DNA of 63,257 nucleotides, the filler included, from Perkinsus chesapeaki ATCC PRA-425 (Eukaryota > Protista > Perkinsozoa), in assembly GCA_013115145.1 (NCBI GenBank). It is 4 parts of 4 records of this genome, joined end to end, with 100 filler letters (N's around TTAATTAATTAA, not from the genome) between each part and the next. Parts side by side here need not be neighbours in the genome. Positions count along the whole stretch, not along the records: positions 33,577 to 61,928 come from JAAPAO010000475.1; 3 more parts are not named here. The stretch is one strand, 5' to 3'. Of the stretch, positions 46,100 to 58,800 are shown one piece after another. Position 1 is the first letter of the stretch, and each line of letters begins with the position of its first letter. The notes under the pieces were generated by a model. The model made no database searches. It had not been told where the DNA came from and worked only from the letters and a program-made list of their open reading frames with translations. A program made the position numbers and the translations under genes.

Positions 46100-47219
46100 A
46101 CTATACGCCTCGCTCCCCGCTCCGCCGCAATTCCACAGGCTTACTGTCGGAACGGTCCACGATCGGTTCTGTCAGGAACCAGCAAAGGCGAAGATGATGC
46201 TGCAGTTGTTGAGCTACCCGTACTGTTCCCTCTACTGTATCCAGAGCAGCAAGACGCCTCTATCCCCGGAGGACTGGCGTCCAGTCCATCATTATTATAC
46301 ACCTGAAATTACATATATCATCCAACATGAATGCTGCGTACTATAATATATTGTAATATTTCACCAACATAAAATACAAACTGTTCGTGACCCAAAGCGA
46401 ACTAGCTCAACAGTAGGAGAAGAAGTTCGAATCACGGAACAGCCGCCGAACAGCAAAGAACGTTCTGTCCGTTCATCTTGGCGAGCAAACTGGCGAAATC
46501 GTTCTTTCGCATTGTTGTTGTTTTTCCCGTCATCATCGAGGCCCCCCACGAAACTCTGCCATCTCGAGCGATGGATATACTTGTGACTTCAGAATGAAGC
46601 GAGACGATCTTCTGTCCGGCGATCTCGAAGACCCTCTGGGTCTCGCCAGATGGCCTGAGACCATTGGTCTCCTCCCACTCCAAAGAATCGATAATGTTCA
46701 TCAAGTAATCGATAAGAAAAATCCAGCAAAAGTCGTATCTAGATTTTTTCCTTCTCGAGAAGGGCTCTATTTGCGAACTTGTAAGCTCCAAACTGAGAAA
46801 TGAAATCAGCGTTCATATACCGACTCAGGTCTACAAATAAAGTCTGTCAGTACCCGGTATCAACAGACCTTATTAAATAAAGGTAATAATTACCGATCAC
46901 CGCCCGTCATGCGAAAAATGCTCCTTCATCCTTGCCTACAAGAGCTACGATAAAATCTCGATGACTCGATTGTCTCGATGACAATCTCTCAACTACAGGG
47001 TGCTGCAAAAAGGGATTGGGATTTCGTGGCGCGTGAGAAATTATCGATAAGACGGGTACCAGTATAGAGTGTATAAGCCGGATATTTCGACACCACCTCG
47101 AGCCCCTGTATGATAGCACTTACTGGTATCCACACAAGACGCTCAGCATTTCGAGTGTAGCCAGCCTCAGCGAAGAATGCTCCAGGGAATATAACATATT
47201 TAGAGATACACAAACCCAT
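46100..47219 (-). CDS. Multi-exon hypothetical protein with MGLCISK (possible N-acylation) start
   Basis: MGLCISKYVIFPG...RLVWIP|GTAAG donor and further exon-like segments. Structure not resolved. Confidence 0.35.
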
Positions 47220-47459
47220 TGGAACCGACTACTACGCACTTCATACTTCACTGCATACCCCCAGCAGCGCCTATATAAGTTCTCACAAATGTTTCACGGC
47301 GATCGCTCCGGTACGTGCAGAGTTATATACTATTATAAAACGACACAAACTAAGACTACAACTAAAGAGTGAAAAAGTAATTGAAACTCATACTCCTTTC
47401 GAGGCGGTGCTATCTGATGCCGGCTGGATGCTCTCTATTAAAGCCCGAACCTGAACAAT

Positions 47460-47500
47460 AAAACGTCCGAGCCGAGAATCGAACTCGGGACCTCCTCTGA
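47460..47500 (-). promoter_or_regulatory. tRNA 3'-half-like B-box element 4
   Basis: GAGGTC-CCGAG-TTCGATT-CTCGG-CTCGGAC-G-TTTT with a perfect 5-bp T-stem. No 5' half. Confidence 0.6.
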
Positions 47501-50500
47501 TGGCGAATTAATTGTCTTCAGATGTCGTTGAAAATGGCTTTCGTTGGTTGACCTCGGAATGCTCTATTTTAATATCTCCACAAAATCGCATGCAGGAACC
47601 AATTCTTATATATCGTCTCCCCCAAGCCCGACCACACAGCCTACTACCTCTGCCAATGTCTTACTGCCTCCCAAACTATCCGTTAATTTCATTACATCAT
47701 ATACAACTGTAGCACCTACAACAACAACACCAGCCTCTATCAACAAGCCACAACAGACTAAACGTAGTTTTCATCATCCATCTAGTGTAATCAATAAATT
47801 TCACATCCCTTTATTTCCAGCCTCACCACACCAATGCTAACTTAGGCCCACACCATGAGCCGCATGACCACTCTCGCTTCCTCCAATCCTCAGGTCCCAA
47901 CTCCCCAAGCTCAACGATTATATTATCTATTCCCCTTCCAGAACTTGCTCCCCCCCCTACTACCCGGTGGCACCGCCGCTTGCTGTTGCCGCATGCTCTC
48001 CTGCAATTTCAATACCTCATCCGGCGTCCAATCAGAAACCTTCGTAGGAGGCGCCTGAAAGCGTCGTGACTGCGCGCCACAAAATTGCCGCGGGACTGCC
48101 ACTGAAAACCTGTGGGCGCTGACCGCCCCGCGGCTGACGCCCATTTGGAGGGCTTTAATCTCCTTACACAATGACATTTCCCCTTGCGGACTTTCCCAGC
48201 CTAGAAACCAAGGCTCGTCTGCAAAATTATCCCCTGTTGCCTTGTGGATCTTCGTGCGATCGCGTTTAAAGATCCTCATTTCGTCCTTTAATTAGGTAAT
48301 ACTGAATGTTTTTATTAGGAACGCACTGCCTTGCTATAAAGACTGTGCCCTCCACTGCAGAGGAGATACAATTGAGATTTTGCAAGGACGAATGTCCGAA
48401 GGGGAGAATGAAATGCAGTCCTTCTGGGCCTGACAACCGATGCTCTCCTATATCGCCCTATAAACGCCCATTCTCGACCCTCGAGTATATCCCACACATT
48501 TTTACCTGCTGCTGCTGCTGACCTCCAGTAGTGGGATCCCCTGCTGAGGTGTTCTGATCAGCCAATAGTGCCAAGTATAGAAGATTACGTTGAAGCCTCG
48601 AAAGTAATGGGACACGCCTGCACAACAGAGAAAGCTGCTCTTCTTCGAAAGCAAAGGGTGTCCCATAACTTTTCTTCCAATTCTGGACGAGAGTTTCTCA
48701 CCGTGTTTCGAGATGTTTTTTTTTCGTGATCAGCATCCTGGTTGGGCTACTAAACGATCGCGATGAAAGAAAATAGGGTCGAAAGTCCAGAGTTTTCGAC
48801 CTCCCGAAAAAATTTCACGCGCAGAGCTCATGTGGAGGCCAAAGGCCGAGTAGCGGTACAACACTCCGCCTGTACAATCCTGAAAGACTTCCGAATATAC
48901 CTTCAAAATTCCATTGTCAACCAGTTCCTGGTTGGTGAGAAATTCTGATCCAAATTGGAGGAGGAGAAGTAGTTACGGGCCACCCTTCAATCATCCACTC
49001 GTATCCAATAGGAGGGAGTCTATTAGATGTAGATTTGCTACTGTAATTTGTACTAATAAATTCCTTATTATTATAATTCACTAACCTCCCACGTTCCAGC
49101 CTCGGTAAGCCTACTTCCCGATATGACCTTTCCACTGGGCATCTGTCCGTCTGCAGCTCTTTGAGCATTTCTATTATAACATCGTTCTCATCCAGCATCC
49201 TTTTCAATGACTCTGGTCCGGTAACATGGCACGGCAGCTGGGCGGGACCTATGTAGCGAGTATCTTAGGTCCACGCGCGATTTGCACAAATTCGAGCGCG
49301 CAGAACGAACCAGTGCTGGTCAAATCTTCAAAATGAGGGATTACTAAATATCAGTTCCGTGGAATGATTCCTATCAAGAATGGCTTATAGACAGCTATAC
49401 AGCGGCATCGACTGCTAACGTCATAAGGACCGTATCTTTTTTCGTTCATCAATTTCCAGCGTTGGAATAAATCCACCTAGTCGCCCACCTGTGCTGATTG
49501 GCAACTAGATTCCGAGCACAAGACTACGGTCTTGTTCATTATCTCTTCGCACCGCAAAATGGGTCATTGAGTAAATTCCTTCTAGATAGTTGATAAACCG
49601 TTTCACACTGTCCTGTCTGTTGTGTACTCTAAATTTTGCGATGCATTTTTACACCCAGCTGCCCTGAAGTCTTATATCTCCACAATAGTAGCATATAGCT
49701 CACCCATATAATATATCACCGTGTATTACTACAACAATTAACTGCTGATCCACTGTATTATTAGTAAAATACATATATTGTCTAAATGCCTCGTAAGCTA
49801 TATAAATATTCTTCCCTTTATTTTCCACTACCTCTCGGTACACCATCGGCCGCGATTCCCGATACCGTGTTCAAGGCAGATCGCTGTTGTTGGGAAGATG
49901 AGGCGGTGGTTAATGGTACATTATCCATAACGAAAAGGTCTAAATACTTTACTGAATGCGTCACACGCCACGAAATTCGTAGAGTCGTCACCAGTCGGAG
50001 CATGGAAAGGTTTCTGAAGTCGATTCCAGCGCTGGTTCTGTTAACAGAGCGTCTCAGGATCATTTCCGAAAGCGTTTTTCGAACTCCAATTCGGTTTGTT
50101 GAACAGACTCGGCAATTTCGCGACCTTCTCCGAACTTGCTCATAAGTGCCAACAACTACGAATAGACTCAGTTCGGTATTAGTACTAAAATGTGCACATC
50201 TCAATGTCTCAGCTGTGTTATGTGGTGTTGCTTAAATATAGGTGGCCGAAAACGGATAAAATCGACGGTACGTATTTGATCGCATGCGTACATGTGCACG
50301 CAGACGTTCATAAATGCACTATTGACACACCCGTCCATCTTGGTGAGGTAATTAGAGTGGGAAAGTAATTGTAGAAAACCTTTGTGATGATGGTTTGGGA
50401 TGCATTCTTGTAATACTCTTGTCCAGTAGTTATCTTTTTATGTTGGATCATCACCTTATAAGCGCATTTGCTGGAGGAACTACTCAAAGGTAGTCGGGCA

Positions 50501-50530
50501 ATAACATCTCAGAATGAAAGTACAGTGTGA

Positions 50531-50612
50531 GACAGCGTGTCCGAGTGGTTAAGGAGGTGGACTAGAAATCCACTGGGCTCTGCCCGCGCAGGTTCGAATC
50601 CTGCCGCTGTCG
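50531..50612 (+). tRNA. trnS-AGA: tRNA-Ser (anticodon AGA)
   Basis: Acceptor GACAGCG/CGCTGTC, anticodon stem GTGGA/TCCAC around CTAGAAA, long variable arm, GGTTCGAATCC T-arm; 82 nt. Confidence 0.97.
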
Positions 50613-52700
50613 CCTGTTAGTCCATACCATCTCTATCACAATCCAACTGAATGTGAGAATATGAGTTCTTTAACTGACTAGATGAGTTTACTAATGAGTT
50701 TATTCAATAACCTCTGCTCATCATCGTAACGGCCATTCCCCATACGTTCCACTTTTACGGAACACATCGCGGGAACGCATGCCTCTCGTTAGCCACCACA
50801 ACCATGAAGATGCTTCCGGAATGATTCTGAATAATAAAGCCAAAGATCTCGGTGGGCTCATCAGCAAGCCCCTCAGCCCCGACCATTGTATTATACCTAA
50901 GAGACTCGCAGAGTAATAAAAATGACTATGGCAAGTACGAATGGTTTGATGAGGTATATTATACAAGTGCAGACGCCATTGAAGCATTTTGATATACGGA
51001 ATGACTCTGGAGACTCGGAGCCTTTCGATAGCGGCACAGATGGCCCTGTCTATATCCAACTTCACGGATACGATAAACACTACGACTATCACACATGTGT
51101 GGAGGGACGGCTCGCAGTGTAGAGATTCTCATTAGGTTCCGGGTGGTATATTTTAAAACAGCACTTGAAGGCTGGTAGGCACTATATGGTATCAATTTTG
51201 GGACCGGATGTTGGCCCAGTGAAGCAGATCGACCTTCATAACCCAACTGATGATGATTGGTAATATGGGGTGTAGTTGAATCATCTCTAGGTGATCACGG
51301 GAAGATCCGTAAGATTACCCGCAAACTGAGCACGGGTGTTTCACAATTCCGCGGAGGTGAATTCACCATATTGGTAACAATTTGATTAATTGGATTTACC
51401 GACCTATAAACTCGCTTGACACATTAGTAGTATCAAGTGGAGCTCGAGGATGAGAGCGAGGAGATGATCTCTAAGATCGACTAGTGTTGCCCTATGCACG
51501 TATACACTCGACCATTCGCGCCGTGCAGCGTGTGAGCCCGCACCACAGAGTGCCAAACTTCCGTATCGACACTTCCTGAGGGAGATATCTATTTAATGTG
51601 TAGAGATTGTCAGATGGACTTGATTCTAGTGGTGCCTCCTTAAGCTTTGAAGGCTCGGACGTTATCCATTTTCGCTCTTCGCATCTTTATTAACCTTCCC
51701 ATAGTGGAAGAAAATATTATTATTGTTGTTGTACCCGACGCTCTTGGGGCTTAGTCAGACTCCAGTTTATCGCATCTTGCCTTTTTAGTTGTATATAAAT
51801 TATCGGATACAACGTTAGCTCCATCTTATCTTTGCTTTAGGAATCCAAATTAGTGTGAGGCTATGTTAATAGGCTCTCCTCATCTTCTACTTACGGCGGT
51901 CACTTCAGGTTCGCTGGTACCCTCCTGGTGAAGCGATTTACGTCTGATGGCAATGAGCGTATGAACCCTATGCACAGTGATGCCTGGGTGGAATTCAAGG
52001 TCATCATCCACAACTTCATACCACACTTTACTCTGATCGTACAGGTCAACAAATGGCTGGTGTCTCCGGATCATTCAGAGGCTTCGACAGTAAGGACAGG
52101 TAATCCGCATTTTGTGGCGAGTGACGGTCGAGAGATCGCCCCTTCCCATAAAGCCTTAGTGAATGCACTATAATCATGTCTCGATGTAAATGAGCTGTGT
52201 AGCGTATAGTTGACCTCTTCAACTCGGGCGGACCGTGAATATCTTTATGGTTCATTTTGGGTGATGATAATGCCCTCGATCGAGGTGGTGGTTTAACGTA
52301 GTGGACTCGGCGGCACGTACCGTTCCAACTCGGTCCGCTCGAACTTGTTGTGCTATAAAGTTGGTGAAGTGTTGAAATTGACAAACTATCAAGATGAGAT
52401 CGCATCTCCCGCGATGTTCGGTAGTGGCCTTCATCGAGTTCAATTGCAAAAACTATCAACAGTGGCTTGAAAATTCCGTATTTCGTTTCTCAAACACTGA
52501 ACCAGTAATTTTGCAGTCCGAAATTCGGCCTCATCGATCGAGTTTAAAATGGACGGGCTTTGCGTACCGCTGAACACTCTTCAAGCTTACAGTGGCGTCC
52601 AAAATATTTTTCGGAAAATAATGAGTTGCGTAATAATAAAAAGGAAGAAAGCTTTTAATTAGCGTAAAGAAGGAATATGATGAAGTGAAGTGAGAAAAAC

Positions 52701-52872
52701 GATCAAAACAATATAAAGCTATACTATTAAATAACTTGATCAAAACAATATAAAGCTATACTATTAAATAACTTGATTCAAAAAAATATAAAGCTATACT
52801 ATTAAATAACTTGATCAAAACAATATAAAGCTATGCTATTAAATAACTTGATTCAGAACAACAATATAAAGT
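52701..52872. repeat. 37-nt AT-rich tandem repeat (about 4.5 units)
   Basis: GATCAAAACAATATAAAGCTATACTATTAAATAACTT units, no spacers. Confidence 0.9.
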
Positions 52873-54469
52873 AGATGGATGTAATACCTGACCTACTCAG
52901 CTCAACAGCTGTAGTCCATTCAACATCCCTACTCCTCCTTGAAAGGAACTATCGGTGGTTCCATCGTCCTGCTGTGAGTAAGACTTATTGTATGCAATCA
53001 TCTATAACGGTTTTCCAGGAGGCTCTCTCTTTGCAAGTGTTTCGTTATTATGAGTTTGTCACATACTCTTCTTCGTGGTGTTCGTTATAGGAATACATGG
53101 CATCGTCCAAGGTCCCTCTAGGTCCACCAACATCAGGCTCGGAAGGGACAGTGTTGCGGTATATAAACGGACAGGCGATATGTCAACCAACAGGGCCTAA
53201 GGCTGAGATACAATCTCTATTGGAGAGGTAGTATTGGCCATCGGAAGATGGTACTCGGGCTCCTCTTCGTGGGCGAGATTCTCGCATTCACCTTGGAAGT
53301 TTGTTCCGGGGAGGGATCGGGGTCATAGAGGAACACCGACTTTTCTTAGAGGGGATCTATCTGCTACTTCTTCGTGCTCTATGAACATCTCCTATATCGA
53401 AATTTGCGCTACATCTCCACCGCCGTCAGGTGCAAGCTTCTACTCTGTAGGGAATCTATGTCGGAGGGCATTGCTCAGAGACCTTCTTGGCGTTCGCAAT
53501 ATTTGAACGTCGTCGCGGTGGAACTAAAAACGTCGGCTCGCTGGGAAAATGATAGCCTCTTAGGCCTGCCATTGCGCACTATAAAGATTTTGGATTAGGT
53601 ATCTTTTACAGAAACAATCTGCTATGAGGGAGCAGCTGGAAAATAACTCCGCTACGACTCGAGCGGTTCAATCAGCGGAGAAATTGAGAGTTGAGGCCCT
53701 CCAGGTTGTGGACCATGCAATAAGTAATCAGCCGTAAATGGTTCTGTGTGTGGCGAACAGTGTGAGTATTTTGGTAGGGAAATTATGTGGCAAAAGCATC
53801 CTACTTCGGTAGTTGGTGAATTCCTCTTTCTCTCATCCTGATAGAAGCCTGTAGTGCCTCTATCGGATGGCCAGCAATTTGCTTACTAACCGTTTGTGGA
53901 GAATCTTTTACTAGTATAGGTCATTTACATAGTCATCCTCTCTCGAATTTCCCATTTCACTTTGTACTGATAAGCTCCTAGCTTTACCGATGAGGAGTCG
54001 ACTTGCATGGATGATGCTTTGATCGAGGCTTGATCTAGATTTTGATCAGATACACTTAATTTGCTCACCAACGACAAGTGGCCAGTGGGGGATAAAACAG
54101 AAAATATGCAGTTTTTACAGGTAGAACGTCAGGCGTATCTTTTGAGTATGTGAAATGCAAGGTTCGAGCTACTAACCCAGAGAGAGATGAACTTGATGCG
54201 GGGAGAGAACTGTTGGACAGGCTTGAGCGGCGGAAAGATATCCTCGAGGATGATCGTACTAGAAGGGAACTGACGGCATGGCAGTGCCGCGATGGCACTC
54301 CTCGGCAGCCGGAAAGTGCCTCCTTATAGATAACCTGGTAAATTATGAGCATAGAAAAGATTATAGGAAACCTGGTGACCCCTGAGCAGAAAGCGTGGAA
54401 TGCATACCTTCTTGGAATACGTGGTTCCACCGTGGGACTTCTTCTTGAAAACTGGACCTTGACGACCTC

Positions 54470-55235
54470 ACTAGAGCACAATTTTGACGATCAAAAGTCT
54501 GGAGTAGGCGGCGTGGGCGGTTTTGGTTGAGAATAAAATCGGGTGTGTTTCAATTTTCCATGCAGAGACGGTACCATTACTCTGGCTACCCGATTCTACG
54601 CAGTGCGAAAAGATATCTGTCTCTCAGGCAAGCAGATATCGTTGACACTCTCCCAAGCGGCATCATCTCAAGTGGAGCAATGTAGAGCTTTTGCTGCTGT
54701 ATTGAAGGGCCTGCGGGATAACGGGGAGGGAACGAAGTGGCAAATGCTGCATAGAGGGGCAGTTGTTCAGGTGATTTGGGTGGAGCGGTTGGCGAGTGGT
54801 GGGGGCAGTGGTCTAAATGAAAGGATGGGGAGAAACGCTACATACATCCAGTATGCATTTATGTCGGAATTTACCACTTGGTGGCAATTATATAATACTA
54901 TTATATAATTGTTGTAATATTATTATATATATATATATATATAATAGAAGTCGTGGAATGTCTTCTGTAGGTGAAATTCAACGAACTCCCGCTCTGGTAA
55001 TTGGGTTAGACGGAATCTTGTGTGTTGAGCCGCCTCGCCAAGAAATCATTTGTTTGCGGGGTCGGTTCATTTACCCGTATCAATAGTAATATAATAAAGT
55101 GCGAATCGTTTGTAATTTTAGGTATTTCTGTTCCCTTACGATCTATCAGTTCTCACTCGTCCAACATCGGTGGTGCGTAGCTCGGAATTGAGGGATGCTA
55201 CAGTGGACAATAGTAAAGGCAGCAACAAGTACATC
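54470..55235 (-). CDS. Possible secreted multi-exon hypothetical protein
   Basis: MYLLLPLLLSTVASLNSELRTTDVGRVRTDR followed by a GTAAG donor. Downstream exons tentative. Confidence 0.3.
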
Positions 55236-55789
55236 GCAGCGATGTAAGTGTATGTATTCTGATAGGGAAATTAAAGTTGAATTTGGTCTACAATAGAACA
55301 GAGGCGAGATTGTTGGGGTTGTATACAATTTTTATAGGTATATAAAACTGATGAGGGTGTACTGATAATTATGGTAAAAATAGGTACTAAAATTGTGATT
55401 TAAATGGTGGCACAAATGGTCATGTTTTCTGGTTGAAATATCTCCATTTTCTCCGTTCTTTTTGTCGCGAATGAAGGGGATTTGGGAAACTCTGTCAATT
55501 GATGACGACAAAGGGAGGGGGGTGAAAATGTTTTTATTTTCAATGGCAGATGTCTCCTAACGCTGCGTCCATCAGATATCCGGCCAACTCGGCGAAGGGT
55601 ATGAATGTTGCGTTGAAGTTCCCAGCGGGGATAAGCAAGGAGGTTGAGGGACGATGGCGATTGTCGGTACGGATAAGACCGTTGGATGATAATGTTAAAG
55701 AGGAAGGAATTAGAGAGAAGACAAAAGGGAAAAGAAAGCGAGGAGAAGATGATGGTAATGTAAATTGTTGTTTTGAAATATAGCAGAAG

Positions 55790-55822
55790 AAATGCCGCGG
55801 CTAGGGATCGAACCTGCGGGCT
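55790..55822 (-). promoter_or_regulatory. tRNA 3'-half-like B-box element 5
   Basis: GCAGG-TTCGATC-CCTAG-CCGCGGC-A-TTT. No 5' half. Confidence 0.5.
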
Positions 55823-58800
55823 GGTGTCTAGCTGTACTCAGAATCGGCATAGACTAGTGGTGGACTATCTGCCGGCTGCCTTTTTGATTTGATCCCGAAT
55901 TGCCCGCTAGACTCATCGGTGCTGGGAGATGAGAAAGCGGTGGAAATTTTGTGAAATTTTCTCAAAGTTCTCCACCTCTTCTCTACCGACATATCCACTC
56001 CATACGTCCACGTACGTAATGTGAATGTGTCTTTGACGTATAATTAAATTAAGTCTAAACTCGCATTTTTGACCAAGTCAGCTCTGTACACCCAATTCCG
56101 GTCTCTAGATGGCGCGTACTGTATAATACAGATTATGTAGATGATCACAGCCAGCATGAACTGTGATGGCTGTTTTGTGATACTCTCCAATGAGCCACCT
56201 ACACTCATTGAATGCGGAGGAGTCAATTTTGGTACAAAATGCGTTCCTAGACCAGGAGGGATCATTCCAGGCATTCCTCCTCGGAGGTGTACATCTGATG
56301 TCCCTCTCTGGCATCCCTCCCAACCCACCTCTCTTGGCTGTGCTGAAATGCGGTGTGATGTATTGATGCAGGTCATCGCCAAATGGATTTGTTGTAGGTT
56401 CCACACAAGTGCAGTCAGCGGGCGTGAAGGTAGCGGTGCCGCCAGTGGTGCCTAGTGGCCTCACTGACCGTGCTAAATGTATTGATTTATGTTTGAAGGA
56501 AGCACAGAAGACAATAGTCTCCATGTAGGTGTGCTCTGAAAGTGGTGGTGACAACTAGGGTTCTTGATAACAACTTTGGGAAGAGTTATTTCACTTGTGT
56601 ACTATATGCTGTTCAATTTGCCATATCTATATCACCTAACTTGCATCTGCTGTTGATCGGGTCGAGTCGGAAGAATCCTTCAGTGGTAACCAATGCTATC
56701 ATCAGTGATTATTCATCACCGTTTTGGTTGGGCCTCTGAGGCTTTCACAGAACACATCGTCAAATGATTCGTTCGAAGAATATCTGCAATTTTCAGGGTG
56801 GCATTTGAAGCGATGATGAGCGACAAGCCGATCCAAGCTCGTCACTGGGCATGGGGTGCTGGCCAACACAACAGTCGACCCCATTACAGTAAGGCCGATG
56901 CAACTGGCAAAGTTACACCCCAGGTAGGCCGCGCCGACCTTCAGAGAACACTGTTGTGTCCAGATTCGCACGGTTAATCTGCTCAAGTCATCTACGGTAA
57001 CGATCGCGCTCGAGCCTTTGTATGTCATTCTCGGGACACCGATGACACCACTAGAGGAACTGGCTGCGTCACAGATGAAGTGAGCTTCAGAGGGACATCA
57101 GGCGTTCCAATGAGGAATGTACTTTAGTTTTAAAGAAATATCGTATTTGTAGACCGAAGAGAAACGTAAAATCATTTTGGATGGTTCGAATATGTGCCAA
57201 TTTATATCCCGTCCTAGACGCAACAGGCGGTGGCGTTGACGGATTAAAAACGATAAAGATACTGTCGAAATAACTGTCCTCTCAGGCTTATATGGAGTAG
57301 AAATCAATGAACTTGTCAACTACTGTGCTGGCCTATGCAAATGCGTACAACTACTATTGGCGCTCACCTTAGAGCGATTAATCATTGTCTAAATCGTCTT
57401 TGTATCTTCGCACTAGGAATGTTTTTCGATCCTTGAGGAACACTGCGAAGATGACACCCTGCTGTTTTTCTGCATTATTGTCCTATGTATTGTTCATTCT
57501 CAGACACATAGTGTTGACCCGCCTGGCTGGGAGCTACGACCCTGACCTATCAGCAGCGCTGGTATCTTCGCCTCAGAATGCCACCTTACTCGATCAATGG
57601 CTTGATTGGCTCACGCCTTTAATGCCTTAACGTTTCTATCCTATTATTGTGTGGTGTTTGCTACTGTTTATATCAGTATCGTAAAAAAGTTGTTCTCACA
57701 AAATATCAAGTCCTAACTCTTTCTCGTTACTATTTTACGCTCAAAAGTGTAGAGGTCATATTATTTTGTAAGGGGGTTTATATTAGGCAAATCTCGCTCG
57801 CATCTGGGTGTAGGGAAAGGAAATCTCGACGAAATTTTTCGAATTCTCGGTAGATTATCCTAGCATCAAAAATACTGGTGAGGCGCTTGGACGAGGAAAT
57901 TGTTAATCTCACCGACAATTACTCTCAAAGTTTGGAAGCGTTCACTTCCAAGAGCGGATCGATGAGGGAAATGCAGAACTAACCTGTGAAACGCCAAACA
58001 GATCTTCCAATGCTTGTTGTATGAATCACTCTCAGTTGTCGGTTAATAAACGTGAATTCACTCAGTGGGTCCCACTGTCGGTCTGGGTGGGCACGGGCCG
58101 GCATGTGTGGCTTCCTCGAGAGTTTCCTTGGCAAGCAGGATTCCCCACGACAAATAGGCTCTATAGTTTCACAGTGTAACTGTGTTGCTCGCCAATCTCC
58201 TTGCAAAAATTTGAGAAATTCAACTTTGGAAGTGACTCTTAGGCGCGATGAAATATTTTCCCTGAGGGATCCCTAGTGGCCCCTTGGTGAAGGCACATGT
58301 GTCTGACTGTAGGGGGTGTATTCCGTCGAGTTACCTCTTTCGATCGAGTATTATCTTACCAGTAGCGGGGCGGTGCAATGGTGAGTTGTCTCCTATTGTC
58401 AACGCGCTGTGTAGTTTTTCATCGTGATGACCTCTGGTCGAATCATGTTCGCGCCGACCATCCTCCAGGCCTATGCCAGGATGCTGCGAACATTGAAAGA
58501 AGTGAGCCCCTTACGATGTTTAGTAATGCTTGTTATGACATGATCAGTGAGACGCCATAGCTCGCATTATTAGTTATAAAAGTATCTTTGCGAGAAAACT
58601 TATTGTTCACAGAAATTTCTGTCCAGCTTGCGAATGTATTTTCAAGATAACAGATATCTCGGCTTTATAATCAATAGACGGATTTATTCGGGTTTTTGGT
58701 TTTTGGTTTTTGGGTTTTCGGGTTTTATACAGGGCCAACAGAACAGCAGTTTGGTGGTAATCAAGCAAAGCACAAAATGTGTAATGCAACTGACGGGAAA

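Noticed and set aside
51288-51400. U1 snRNA-like GATCACG loop
   Set aside because: No ATACTTACC 5' end and no properly placed Sm site.
50922-52173. PLAT/LH2-like words (SGTDGPVYIQLHG; TVRTGNPHFVASDG)
   Set aside because: Short isolated matches that could not be joined into a gene model.
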